Source of the DNA: an uncultured Planctomycetaceae bacterium
GTDB lineage: Bacteria; Planctomycetota; Planctomycetia; Planctomycetales; Planctomycetaceae
DNA: 64,000 bases
NCBI GenBank assembly: GCA_963976765.1
Contig: CAXBME010000026.1
Location: 1 to 64,000 of the forward strand
Direction of reading: 5' to 3'
Under the pieces are notes generated by a model that saw only the letters and a list, made by a program, of their open reading frames with translations, did no database searches and had not been told where the DNA came from. Positions 1 to 9,603 of this stretch are shown here, piece after piece (positions within the stretch are counted from its first letter, which is position 1; each line of letters begins with the position of its first letter). Both the position numbers and the translations under genes were made by a program.

Positions 1-42
1 CACCACAAAGAAAAGACCGTTTCTCAGGGTCTCCAACCAGGT

Positions 43-54
43 TGTCAAAGAACA
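43..54 (-). promoter_or_regulatory. boxA-like antitermination element of an rRNA leader
   Basis: The minus strand reads TGTTCTTTGACA, close to the rrn boxA consensus TGCTCTTTAACA. It lies downstream of a strong promoter and just after a hairpin at about 58-86 (boxB-like). Confidence 0.65.
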
Positions 55-96
55 ATAACAGCGTTGTCGCTGTGGGCGACGCTGTCGTGAGGCGGG

Positions 97-125
97 AGTA
101 TGTCGGGCAGAGTCCGAACTGTCAA
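97..125 (-). promoter_or_regulatory. sigma70-type promoter firing leftward out of the window (stable-RNA type)
   Basis: Minus strand: TTGACA (125-120), 17-bp spacer, CATACT (102-97), then a GC-rich discriminator CCCGCC. Confidence 0.75.
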
Positions 126-277
126 CCAGTCGGAGACTGAAAAATTTGAGAATCAACGAGACCTTGATCGGGCCGCCAGAATCCCCCGCAGGATGGCAGA
201 GAACCAATCAGATCCAACAATCAAACGGGAGGTACAAGCCCACTCAGAAGTGGAACCTGGTCCAGCGATGTCGTCAC

Positions 278-688
278 TCAGTCCGCAAATGTTTCAGAGA
301 GATCAATCTGGTAGTTCTTATCGAAGGCTTCTTCGAAATCGTACACATCGAAGAAGTCGGTAAGCTGATCGCGTTCAGTCTTCCGCATGGCGCCGCGCTC
401 GATGAAATCAAAGACGATGCGGCCAAAGTCGTCAGTTGTCCGGATCCCCCAGTATTTCAAAACAGGGATGGTCAACAGGCCGAATTCCTGAATCGCCAGT
501 TCGCGGACCCCATCGAGTAGTTCAGGCCCTGAAATATGGGCACTGTCTTCGTCGAACTCATGGTCATCCTGAACAGCATCAGGAGTGCGTCCCAACCGGC
601 GCTGTGTAAACCTCAGCGCCTGATCGACGAACCGATAAGCATCCGGGTGATACTTCAATGCTGCCGCTGGAGTTTTGATCGTGCTCAT
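278..688 (-). CDS. Minf_1886/TIGR04138-type conserved Planctomycetes-Verrucomicrobia protein
   Basis: 136 aa with the family-typical motifs YHPDAYRFV, HISGPELL, FGLLT.PVL..WGIRTTDDFGRIVF and DFFDVYDF. Confidence 0.85.
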   Translation of the reverse strand: MSTIKTPAAALKYHPDAYRFVDQALRFTQRRLGRTPDAVQDDHEFDEDSAHISGPELLDGVRELAIQEFGLLTIPVLKYWGIRTTDDFGRIVFDFIERGAMRKTERDQLTDFFDVYDFEEAFDKNYQIDLSETFAD

Positions 689-1072
689 TCTCGTCGACCT
701 CGGTCCACCATCCGGTCAAATGACATCCGCTGTTCGAATGACGTTTGCCGATTAAGGAATTCGATGGCGCCAGACTGCATCTGGCGAATTCCATTTCATC
801 GTGACACGACTCTCTTGGTTATACAAGATCTCAACAGGCAACTGAAGGCAGTGTCTTGATGCGGCCTGAGCCTCGGCGGCATATTCGCCATTTTCCTGCA
901 AAGGCTCTACGTCCACCACGCTTAACGCTGTACGCCCAGAATACACGCGACACAGACTCAGGAACAGAAGAAGCCGAACGGTTTTGACCAGTCCCCGCTC
1001 ATTGCCCCTTCAAATCAGGGATTGCAGACGAACCGCGCGATCAGTCACGGTTTCCGAGCCAGTAAGTACTGC

Positions 1073-2191
1073 CTAACCCGTCTCTCCCGACGCCTGTGAC
1101 CGTTGAACGATCAGTTGCTCCAGCCGAGCACCTGTCTGAGCCGGATCTTCTCCGCTTGAGACTGGCACTTCGACACACTCTTCGAGGTTGCGGTACCAGG
1201 TATGTTGCCGCCTGGCGAACTGACGGGTTCGTGTCTGGATCAGCTCGGCGACGGCGAGACAATCTTCAGCTGCCAAATCACGGTCGCTATCGCCGGACAG
1301 AGCATCAATCACTTCCTTGTAACCTAAGCCCTGCGAAGCCGTCTTTCCGATTGGTGGGTCGCGTTTCATCAACTGACGGACTTCGTCGACGAGACCGGCT
1401 TCGAACATCGCGATGACCCGTTGATTGATCCGGTCGTGAAGCCAGTCACGATCTGGAGACAGCCAGTACACGTGCGGAGGTCGCTGTCCCTCAGCCAAAG
1501 GATGCTGCTTCTGCTGAGACGACAACGTCGAACCAGTCAATTCAAACACTTCGATCGCCCGAATGATTCGACGCTGGTCATTTGGGTGAAGTCTCAATGC
1601 GGCATCGGGATCGATTCTTTCGAGCTGCCGCATCAGCCAGAAGTGATCGTCGCGTGCCGCCGCTTCATCAGCCTGTGCCTGTAATCGATTGCGAATCTCC
1701 CAATCGGCGGGCGGCCCTTCAAAGACGCCACGCAACACAGCCCTGAGATAGAGTCCTGTCCCTCCGGAAAACAGCGGGACTCCCCCTCGATCAACGATGT
1801 CTTCACAGACTGACCGTGCAGTTTCAACGTATTCCGCGACACTGAACTCCTCGTCCGGGTTGCGGATATCGAGGAGATGATGCGGAATCTGTTGCTGAGA
1901 ATCTTCAGATGGCTTTGCGGTTCCGATGTCCATGCCTCGGTAGATGCACATGGAGTCCAGCGAGACGACCTCAATTTTCGGAATGCGGGATGCAAGTTCC
2001 AGCGTCGCGTCGGTTTTTCCGACAGCCGTTGGGCCAGCCAGAAAAATACATTGCTGCAGGAGTTCAACGGAAAATTGTTGATGCATGAAAACACTTTCAG
2101 CCGAGTCTTTCGAATTCGAAACGAGCATCGTCGCCAGAAACCGGCGATCAGTTTCGTGATAACCGGTCGACCGTGACACTGGAGTGAGCAT
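1073..2191 (-). CDS. miaA: tRNA dimethylallyltransferase
   Basis: P-loop GPTAVGKT, DSMCIYRGMDIGTAKP, PHHLLDI, GGTGLY and TRQFARRQHTW. The start is either 2191 (TAATG overlap with epmA) or ATG 2086. Confidence 0.95.
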   Translation of the reverse strand: MLTPVSRSTGYHETDRRFLATMLVSNSKDSAESVFMHQQFSVELLQQCIFLAGPTAVGKTDATLELASRIPKIEVVSLDSMCIYRGMDIGTAKPSEDSQQQIPHHLLDIRNPDEEFSVAEYVETARSVCEDIVDRGGVPLFSGGTGLYLRAVLRGVFEGPPADWEIRNRLQAQADEAAARDDHFWLMRQLERIDPDAALRLHPNDQRRIIRAIEVFELTGSTLSSQQKQHPLAEGQRPPHVYWLSPDRDWLHDRINQRVIAMFEAGLVDEVRQLMKRDPPIGKTASQGLGYKEVIDALSGDSDRDLAAEDCLAVAELIQTRTRQFARRQHTWYRNLEECVEVPVSSGEDPAQTGARLEQLIVQRSQASGETG

Positions 2192-3255
2192 TACGCCCGG
2201 TCGCCAGGAAAAGCAATGACGTCGCCGATCTCGCTCTTTCCAAGAACCATCATCAGGAGTCGATCCAGCCCCAGGGCGACGCCAGAGCAGTCTGGGAAAC
2301 CTGCCCGCATTGCCTCAGCAAGAAGTGGAGCGCCTGGTAAATTCTGATGCCCGTCAGACTCAGCGTTTGCCTGTTCTGTGTGAGACCTCTTTACAAACTC
2401 ATCGGCGTCAGACAGTTCGTGGTAGCCGTTACAAAGTTCGACGCCGTGATCGTAAAGCTCGAACCGCTCCGCAACGGCCGGCGAGGGCTTCATCGTCCTC
2501 TCTGAGTTGCCGCTATGATCGCTACTCTGAAAGTCCTCGCGAACTTTCGCGAGCGCCGCCTGAGACGCAGGATAGTCGTAAACAAACTGCGGCGACTCGC
2601 GCCCCAGATTCGGCTCGACAAGTTCAGCCAGCAGCAGATTCAGCCATCCATCGCGGTCTTCCGGGTGCAATGACGCCGGGGCTTCCAGCAGGTGTTCAGC
2701 GGCCAGCCTGCGAAGATCGACTGGCAAGAGATGCAGCACTCGAGTCCCGACGAACCGATCGAAAGCCTCGTCGTAGGACAGCTTTTCAAATGGTTCACTC
2801 GAAAGTTGTCGAACCGCGTTCGGCGACAGGTCGCCGTCTGTCTTCCGAGCTGCCTCTGAATAGATCGCCCGAACAAGCTGCTCCACAAAATCCATCTGAG
2901 CATGATGGTCGTCGCCAACTCGGTACCACTCAACCATTGTAAATTCCGGGTTGTGACGTTGCCCGGATTCGCCTCGTCGCATCGCACGAGTAATCTGAAA
3001 AATGGCGTCGGCTCCGGCGCTCAGCAGCCGTTTCATCCCCGCTTCGGGCGATGTCTGCAGGTAGTACGCATCGCCGGTTACGTCGTGAGTGACGAACGGA
3101 TCGAGATTCGCATCGATCACCACTTCACGAGACATGATGGGGGTTTCGCACTCCCAATAGCCGTTTTCGCGAAAGAACTCACGCAGCGACACCGTCAGAT
3201 GGGACCTCAACTTGAGCGTCTGTAAGCTTGCAGTCGGAAGAAATCGCGGCGACAT
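2191..3255 (-). CDS. epmA: EF-P lysine aminoacylase (GenX/PoxA), class II lysyl-tRNA synthetase paralog
   Basis: YLQTSPE..MKRLL, RHNPEFTMVEWYR, AERFELY, ELCNGYHEL and SGVALGLDRLLM, with no anticodon-binding domain. Start taken at ATG 3255. Confidence 0.92.
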   Translation of the reverse strand: MSPRFLPTASLQTLKLRSHLTVSLREFFRENGYWECETPIMSREVVIDANLDPFVTHDVTGDAYYLQTSPEAGMKRLLSAGADAIFQITRAMRRGESGQRHNPEFTMVEWYRVGDDHHAQMDFVEQLVRAIYSEAARKTDGDLSPNAVRQLSSEPFEKLSYDEAFDRFVGTRVLHLLPVDLRRLAAEHLLEAPASLHPEDRDGWLNLLLAELVEPNLGRESPQFVYDYPASQAALAKVREDFQSSDHSGNSERTMKPSPAVAERFELYDHGVELCNGYHELSDADEFVKRSHTEQANAESDGHQNLPGAPLLAEAMRAGFPDCSGVALGLDRLLMMVLGKSEIGDVIAFPGDRA

Positions 3256-3318
3256 GAGAAACAGGGCTCCGACCAAGGTGAATCAGGGCTCGGAGCGTAA
3301 CGCACAGCGAAGCCAGAA

Positions 3319-4062
3319 TCATGCGGAGCGGCGGCGTTCTTTCGGAATCTGAAACGGAATGACCGATGGGGTCTCACCACTGTCCGGAGCGTCGGCCACC
3401 ATCGGGTCGACCGGAGTTTGCTGCGGCTTCAAATCTTCCTCCTGAACGACTCGTCGAGCGTAGACAAGACGAAGGAAGTCTGGAAACACACTCCACGAGC
3501 GAGGATTACGATTCCAGAGTTTGGCGATGCTTCGGAAAAACTGCATTTCGTACCGGGCGACGACCAGGTCGTGCAGAGGCTGAATCGGGTCGAGGTCGGA
3601 CGGCTCCCACGGTCGCGGGCAAAGATCGTAAACCTCGGCGTCACCTTCGCGTGATCGCGCGGGGATGTCCTGAATGACGGCCAGTTCGTTGGCTGGATCG
3701 AACTTTGTCGGAAAGACTCGGCAGGCTCCAGGGCGATAGTTGTAGATCCCGCACCGAGCCTGCCCCAGCGGATGCTCTGCGTCCGGTGCCCCTTCGGTCA
3801 GGAACCGACAGCGGGTCGTTTCTTTGAAGTATTCACTTTCGTGATGCATTAGCGAAATCACGAACTGAGTGTCCGGCTCGTCCTCAAAGAAAAAGTGAGG
3901 CGCATGATTCAGCGCGATACGCCCGTCCGGATCTTCCCAGCGGCAGACGAAATCCCAGAATGAAAGCCCAAGACCATTTTCGATCCGCATTATGTCGGCA
4001 CCGGAAACCGGCACGGCAAAAGAACGGCAACAGCCAGCGTGGCAACCCTCACAGGGACCCAT
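3319..4062 (-). CDS. YkgJ-family cysteine cluster (CxxCxxCC) protein
   Basis: CEGCHAGCC, CRFL and CGIYNYRPGACRVFP. Start taken at ATG 4062. Confidence 0.85.
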   Translation of the reverse strand: MGPCEGCHAGCCRSFAVPVSGADIMRIENGLGLSFWDFVCRWEDPDGRIALNHAPHFFFEDEPDTQFVISLMHHESEYFKETTRCRFLTEGAPDAEHPLGQARCGIYNYRPGACRVFPTKFDPANELAVIQDIPARSREGDAEVYDLCPRPWEPSDLDPIQPLHDLVVARYEMQFFRSIAKLWNRNPRSWSVFPDFLRLVYARRVVQEEDLKPQQTPVDPMVADAPDSGETPSVIPFQIPKERRRSA

Positions 4063-4291
4063 CCATAAACCCTTCAGAACTCGTTGACAAACCAAGGTGA
4101 TGAAGAGTGGACAGAGTCCGTCAATTCACCTCCCGGGTATCGTTCTGATCGTTCAGGGATGTTGAGTCCTGACCGGTTCTGACAGTCAGGATCTCAATGG
4201 TTGAGGGTAAACACTCAGGATCGCACGGCGAATCCCTCCGCGAAACGAGAGCCTCAATTGTCAGAATCAGACAGAAATATCTGCGATTGCG

Positions 4292-6355
4292 TTACAGATT
4301 CGGGAGAACAGGTTTCGGTGGCGGCGTTGACTTCTGAGGCGCCTGTATCTTCTGCTCAGGTAGAAACAGAACCTTCTTCTTCGGAGCGGCTGGCTTTTTC
4401 GCCCCCGGTTTCGGAGGAGGCGGAGGTGGGATGAAGCGTTGCTGAATGTTGATTCCGTATCCGTCTTTCAGTTCGCGTTGAGCCAGGACGGCCCACGGAG
4501 TTCCCGGAGCTTCTTTGGTGACCATTTCAAGCAGGTTTTGCGAAGTTTCGGCGACACGGCGGTAGTTGCCTGCGTAGTTGATTTTCGTATCCGGTCGCAC
4601 GATCCAGTGGTTGGATTTTGTCGCGACGTCCTCGTTGCTGAGGTTTGTCTTCATCGCCGCGAAGGCAAAGTTGTACTCCATGCTGCGTACTTTTTGAGCC
4701 AGCAGCCGACCGTAAGTCAAAGCGAAATTGACTCGCCACCTCGACGATGGTTCCAGCGACAGCGAATCCTCGATCCCTTCAGGAAACGCTCCCTGCAGAA
4801 TCGTATCAACAGCTAACTGACTGACCGCGACGGTTTTCTGAGCGTCACTGGCCACCTGCCGGAAGTTGCCTGGGTTCACCCGGAAATCAAGCCGCGGAGT
4901 GCCGTTCGCTCGATACTCCCGGCTGAGAAACGCAGCCTTCACCACCGCGACTCGAATCGGATGCTTCATCAGCTCTCGTTGATACTCTTTGGGTGAGCCA
5001 AAGCTGTAGTCAGGAGTAAACGGTTTGAGCGCCGCTGAATCAAAAACCCCCAGTGGCGTAAGACCGCTCATTGTCGTTGTGTTTGTCATGAAGTAGACGC
5101 CGCCCGTCTCATGAACAAGGCGTGCCAGCGCGTACGGAGCGTACCCTGACGACAGATAGGTGTATTGGTCCCCTGAGTACCAGAAGGGAAGATCGACCAC
5201 TTCGATCACCGCCGACTCTGGCCCAAGATCAATCGGCAGCTGGTAGGTTTTTCCGTCTTCCGGAGCTCGGTACGGCACAAAGCCTTTGCGACGTCCGAAG
5301 ACGGCCGAAGGACCAATGACGTAAGCCTTGGCACCGTTACGCTGGCAAAGAGCGATCGATGGTTCCAGCTGCTCAGCGAAATCGTCGCCGGCTTCGTCAG
5401 TCACGGCAACGAGCATGATTCGACGGTGCTGCTGCACGCGGAAGCGGCCCCAGACATTCAGAACCTGCTTCACCGCTGTGAAGATGTTCTCACGACCGGA
5501 CGGATCGACCGGCGAATTCTGAATGGCATCGAGAATCTTCTCGAACTTCTCTGTCGGATTCTCGGTGAGAAATTTCGTTTCTGCTCCGAACGAAACGACG
5601 GCGCTCAGCAGTGGAATCTCGTGCCGAGGAATCTGGTCTGTCTTCTGAAGGGCGTCGAGTTCTCCATAAACGCGACGCAGCCGTTTGGAGATAATCTGTT
5701 TCTGTTTCGCAATGCTGCCCGAACCATCGAGCATCCAGACCAGCAGAACTCGCTTTTCCTGGAGATTCTTCGCGACTTCCCAGGTGACTCGGTCAAGTGC
5801 CGATTCCAGTTGAATCATCGCCTCGCCGTTCGTTCCGTTGACGACGATGTTTTCGTCCATCCGCGTTCCTTCAGGAACGTCGTAAACCCGAGTTTCGCGA
5901 AGCTGCGGAATCAGTTCGTTAACTGGTCGCGGCTCAACTTCCTTCTTTGGCTGATCGGTTACGGCGAGGCCAATGCTCGCTGCGTTGATAACTTCCCGAA
6001 CTTCCAGCTCCCGGTCGTCAGGATTGGCGAGCTGATAATCGACAATCTCGACCTCTTCCTCTTTTTCCTGAATGTCGACAATCCGGGAATCAATCGGCGG
6101 CTCGTACCAGTGTGGCTCCTCTTCGACAGCCATCTGAGCCAGATTCATCAGCAGCCAGACGTGAGCAATCACACTGACAAGCGTTCCGGCAATGCTGCCT
6201 CGGCTGGCGTCTGACCGAAGATCGTCGTCATCGGCGACTTCGAGATCGATGATTTCTTCGAACCCAACGCCCGCGAATTCATGCTCAAACGGCGCGTACT
6301 CACTGATGGTTGAGTCGAACACGTCGTCTCCAGGACCATCCTGAGTATCAGCCAT
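4292..6355 (-). CDS. membrane-anchored von Willebrand factor A domain protein
   Basis: One N-terminal hydrophobic helix (TLVSVIAHVWLL), an acidic linker, MIDAS-like WMLDGSGS and VTDEAGDD, and a Pro/Lys-rich tail. GGAG precedes ATG 6355. Confidence 0.8.
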   Translation of the reverse strand: MADTQDGPGDDVFDSTISEYAPFEHEFAGVGFEEIIDLEVADDDDLRSDASRGSIAGTLVSVIAHVWLLMNLAQMAVEEEPHWYEPPIDSRIVDIQEKEEEVEIVDYQLANPDDRELEVREVINAASIGLAVTDQPKKEVEPRPVNELIPQLRETRVYDVPEGTRMDENIVVNGTNGEAMIQLESALDRVTWEVAKNLQEKRVLLVWMLDGSGSIAKQKQIISKRLRRVYGELDALQKTDQIPRHEIPLLSAVVSFGAETKFLTENPTEKFEKILDAIQNSPVDPSGRENIFTAVKQVLNVWGRFRVQQHRRIMLVAVTDEAGDDFAEQLEPSIALCQRNGAKAYVIGPSAVFGRRKGFVPYRAPEDGKTYQLPIDLGPESAVIEVVDLPFWYSGDQYTYLSSGYAPYALARLVHETGGVYFMTNTTTMSGLTPLGVFDSAALKPFTPDYSFGSPKEYQRELMKHPIRVAVVKAAFLSREYRANGTPRLDFRVNPGNFRQVASDAQKTVAVSQLAVDTILQGAFPEGIEDSLSLEPSSRWRVNFALTYGRLLAQKVRSMEYNFAFAAMKTNLSNEDVATKSNHWIVRPDTKINYAGNYRRVAETSQNLLEMVTKEAPGTPWAVLAQRELKDGYGINIQQRFIPPPPPPKPGAKKPAAPKKKVLFLPEQKIQAPQKSTPPPKPVLPNL

Positions 6356-6493
6356 GAGCTGCTCCGCTTTGTCCAAAACCCAGCGACGGTCTGACCAAAG
6401 CCAGTCAGACCTTATCGATCAACGACTTACCACCATACCACGACGCAGGTTCGTCGCAAATCCTGAACAATCTTTCGACATCAGGAGACTGCA

Positions 6494-7090
6494 TTATTCG
6501 ATCAGATCCTGCAGAACGAGTCGCAAACGCCGACGAATGCGGTAATTTGCCTGCCGAACGACCTGAGCATTGACGCCGATTGACTCGGCAATTTCGACCG
6601 CGCTGCACCCGTCAATCGCGACCTTGAGAAACGCATTCCAGTTCTGGTTGCTGAATTCCGGCTTGATCATATCCATCGCCCGCTGAACCAGCAGCGCGTG
6701 GTCAGCCCCCGCTTCTTCCTCGTCGTCATCGCCCAGCGGGTCCGGCACCGTACTCATTCTGTGGTTAGCGTCCGTACCGCCCTGCCCCGCTGGCTGCTGA
6801 CTCAGTTTCCGGAAATGATCGGCCACTTTTGTCCGGCAAATCGTTCTGAGCCACGAACGGAACGAGCCGACATCGCGGGTCGGCGAAAACGTCTTAAGGT
6901 GTGTCGATACCGACCGAAACGTCTCCTGAAAAACATCCGCCAGGTCGTCATCCTGAAGGTTCGACCGGCGACACCACTTATGAACGAGCGGCCCGTAAAG
7001 ATGCACGATCTGATGCCACGCTTCCTGATCGTTCGATCGGGCACGCTGCAAAAGGCTCATCGAGGTCGGGTCAAAATCATTAGCCGGCAC
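6494..7090 (-). CDS. ECF-type RNA polymerase sigma-70 factor
   Basis: TSMSLLQRA, EAW.QIV.LYGPLV.KW, DVFQETF, GSFRSWLRTI and a region-4 HTH (AVEIAESIG). GTG start at 7090 preceded by GAGGAG. Confidence 0.9.
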   Translation of the reverse strand: MPANDFDPTSMSLLQRARSNDQEAWHQIVHLYGPLVHKWCRRSNLQDDDLADVFQETFRSVSTHLKTFSPTRDVGSFRSWLRTICRTKVADHFRKLSQQPAGQGGTDANHRMSTVPDPLGDDDEEEAGADHALLVQRAMDMIKPEFSNQNWNAFLKVAIDGCSAVEIAESIGVNAQVVRQANYRIRRRLRLVLQDLIE

Positions 7091-7369
7091 TCGGGCTCTC
7101 CTCGATTCTCGAGACAGCGAGCGATGTTCGGGCGTCGCCAGAGAAGTACGAACTGCAAAGCATAACGGCATTAGCGGCTGAACTCTCGACCGATGAGCGG
7201 AGCTCCACAGAATTTCGCGCGAAACCGGAACTGCTTTCAACGTGGCGAACTGCCCTCCACAAAATTGCTCTGCGCAGCAAAACTGCTGAGCCTCAACAGC
7301 CGGGCTCACCAGCGATCTACCGTAAAGTGCGTCGTGATGCACCACAGAACCAGGAAAGTTGGACATACA

Positions 7370-9010
7370 GTGAAACGGATTTCGAGATGGATTGATCGAC
7401 TAACCTGCCCGGCCATCATTCTGTGTCTCACCGGCTTGTCCGCAAGCAACACGTTCGGCCAGTCAGACATCCCCGCGGTAGCCATCGAAGCTCAGCCCGC
7501 CTTGCCCGATTCTTCTGCAGACGCCCTGTCTCATGCCGTCGAGTCAATCACCAAAGCGGAACTCAAGCGGCACATCGACTTTCTGGCCAGCGACACTCTG
7601 CAAGGACGGGAAGCAGGAATGCAGGGCAACTACGCTGCCGGAGCGTACCTCGTCGATCAGCTCAGAAAATCAAACGTCCTGCCGGTTTCGAGTGGGGAAG
7701 GCTACTTTCACTACTTCCATCCGAATTTTCGAAACATCCTCGCAGTCATCCCCGGCAGCGACGAAAAACTCCGAAACGAATTCATCCTGGTCGGCGGACA
7801 CTACGACCACGTCGGCTTTGGAAATCAGACGAACAGTCGCGGCCCGTTTGGCGTCGTCCACAACGGAGCCGACGATAACGCCAGCGGAACCGCAGGCGTT
7901 CTGGAAATTGCCCAGGCACTGGCCGGTCTGGCTGCAAAACCAAAACGCTCAGTTCTGATCGCCTTCTGGGATGGTGAAGAAAAGGGACTGCTCGGCTCGA
8001 AACATTTCGTCGATTATCCGGCAATTCCGTTGTCGAAAATCCTGTTCCACCTGAACGCTGACATGATCGGTCGCCTGCGTCCCGACGGGCTTGAGATCTC
8101 TGGCTGGCAGACGGCGACCGACTGTCGGCAGTTTCTTGCTCGACAGAATGCCGACAGAGTCAAGTTGCGATTCATGTACTCCTACAAGCCGGAAAGTGAC
8201 CACTGGCCTTTCTTCGAGCGACGCATACCGAGCCTCATGCTTCACACTGGGAAGCACGCCGACTATCACCGACCGAGTGACGATACGCACCTGCTGAACG
8301 TAGAGGGAATTCGGCAGGTTTCGCAGCTCATGCTGCGCTGCACCGTGGCCGCAGCGAATGCCGAGACTCTTCCCGGTTTCCGAAACTGGTCGGCAGAAAA
8401 CGCCGAGGCGTTCGCACAGACTTTCCACAGGCCACCAGAGAGTGAACCGTCGCGACTCGGCGTTACCTACGATGCGGCGCTCGCGAAGGAAGGAACGATT
8501 CGCCTGACATCAGTTGCCGCCGGCAGTCCCGCCGATATCGCCGGGCTATTGGCTGGTGACGAAATTCTGGCCGTCGATGGTAACATGACTGCCGAGTCAC
8601 TCGACTTTCGAATGCAGGTTATGGAAGCCTCGACCAGAGCAATCTTCCGGATTCGCAGAAACGACTCCGAGCTCGAAATTCCTGTCACTCTGCGCGGCAA
8701 CCCTGTCCGCTTTGGGTTCCGATGGACGATGCACGACGCCGAACCAGACTCGGTAATCGTGACGCGAGTGTCCGAAGGCTCGTCAGCAGCGGCGGCACAG
8801 CTAAGACCTCAGCATCGCATCCTCAAAATCAACGAAAAAAGAATCACAACGCGAGACGATTTCGAAAGGCTACTGGTCAGCGGTGATGACTCAATCATCC
8901 TCGACGTGGAACTCAACGGACGCTTCGAAACTCTGACAATCGCCAATCAAACGAAATCAACAAACGGGCAAACCGTAACGGGCGATTCGAAACAGGCCCT
9001 TTCAAAATAG
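7370..9010 (+). CDS. secreted M28-family metallopeptidase with two C-terminal PDZ domains
   Basis: Signal peptide, GGHYDHVG, NGADDNASG, DGEEKGLLGS, NADMIG, SDHWPF and DYHRPSDD. PDZ-like segments GSPADIAGLLAGDEI and GSSAAAAQLRPQHRI. Start taken at GTG 7370. Confidence 0.9.
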   Translation: MKRISRWIDRLTCPAIILCLTGLSASNTFGQSDIPAVAIEAQPALPDSSADALSHAVESITKAELKRHIDFLASDTLQGREAGMQGNYAAGAYLVDQLRKSNVLPVSSGEGYFHYFHPNFRNILAVIPGSDEKLRNEFILVGGHYDHVGFGNQTNSRGPFGVVHNGADDNASGTAGVLEIAQALAGLAAKPKRSVLIAFWDGEEKGLLGSKHFVDYPAIPLSKILFHLNADMIGRLRPDGLEISGWQTATDCRQFLARQNADRVKLRFMYSYKPESDHWPFFERRIPSLMLHTGKHADYHRPSDDTHLLNVEGIRQVSQLMLRCTVAAANAETLPGFRNWSAENAEAFAQTFHRPPESEPSRLGVTYDAALAKEGTIRLTSVAAGSPADIAGLLAGDEILAVDGNMTAESLDFRMQVMEASTRAIFRIRRNDSELEIPVTLRGNPVRFGFRWTMHDAEPDSVIVTRVSEGSSAAAAQLRPQHRILKINEKRITTRDDFERLLVSGDDSIILDVELNGRFETLTIANQTKSTNGQTVTGDSKQALSK

Positions 9011-9011
9011 A

Positions 9012-9047
9012 ATAAGCCGGGCATTCCACATGGAATGCCCGGCTTAT
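9012..9047. terminator. long perfect hairpin between convergent genes (probable bidirectional terminator)
   Basis: ATAAGCCGGGCATTCC-ACAT-GGAATGCCCGGCTTAT (16-bp perfect stem) directly after the peptidase stop codon. Confidence 0.75.
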
Positions 9048-9089
9048 AGTTAGCTGATGATCGACTTCGAGCTTTCGAATGAGCCACTC

Positions 9090-9419
9090 TTAATGACGAT
9101 GTCCGTGGTGCCCGTGGCGACCTGAATGACCGTACGAACGACCGAAGCTGAACCCACTGCGTCCCGATCCAAACGTGATGCTGAATCCTGGTCGCGAGTA
9201 GCCGAACGATGGCTGCGAGTAACCGTAGGTCGGGCGATGGCCGTAGCTCGGTTGGTAATAGCTGTTGCTGTATCCGTAACTCGGACGGTAATAGCTGTTG
9301 CTGTATCCGTAGCTGTAGCTCGGTCGGAAAGTCGGGCAGTGATCAGCCTTCGCTGAATCCAGTGATCCCATGAGTGCGACAGCGGCAACAACAGCTCCCA
9401 GTGCGATGCGACGTTTCAT
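9090..9419 (-). CDS. small secreted Tyr/Gly/Ser-rich low-complexity protein with His-rich tail
   Basis: MKRRIALGAVVAAVALMGSLDSAKA signal peptide, SYGYSNSYY repeats and terminal GHSGRHGHHGHRH. AGGAG precedes ATG 9419. Confidence 0.85.
   Translation of the reverse strand: MKRRIALGAVVAAVALMGSLDSAKADHCPTFRPSYSYGYSNSYYRPSYGYSNSYYQPSYGHRPTYGYSQPSFGYSRPGFSITFGSGRSGFSFGRSYGHSGRHGHHGHRH
9254..9311. repeat. coding direct repeat, 25-bp identical unit at 33-bp period
   Basis: GGTAATAGCTGTTGCTGTATCCGTA at 9254-9278 and 9287-9311, encoding YGYSNSYY twice. Confidence 0.85.
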
Positions 9420-9586
9420 AGCTTTTCTCCTGATTGGGGGTCCCAGTCGACCATCCAGCGAACTGCCAATGGTCGCGCCATCCTCGTTGTACAAACGCGA
9501 GAAAACTCTCTAACAGGATGGAAATCTCTGTTGGAAAACTGGCTGGCCGCGTCCATTCGTCCTCGCCAAACACGTTGACTCTTTGG

Positions 9587-9603
9587 AGCATTCATGGTGC
9601 CAA
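9587..9603 (-). promoter_or_regulatory. sigma54 (-24/-12) promoter candidate
   Basis: Minus strand TTGGCACCATGAATGCT has GG-N10-GC spacing and is close to YTGGCACG-N4-TTGCW. It lies about 170 nt upstream of ATG 9419. Confidence 0.6.

Noticed and set aside
752..946. 64-aa ORF between miaA and the TIGR04138-type gene
   Set aside because: It has no motif, a non-ATG start and no convincing SD. The region is more plausibly promoter sequence.
4162..4196. Hairpin TTGAGTCCTGAC...GTCAGGATCTCAA between the vWA and YkgJ genes
   Set aside because: It has a bulge, an 11-nt loop and no U-tract, so it cannot be assigned as a terminator or operator.
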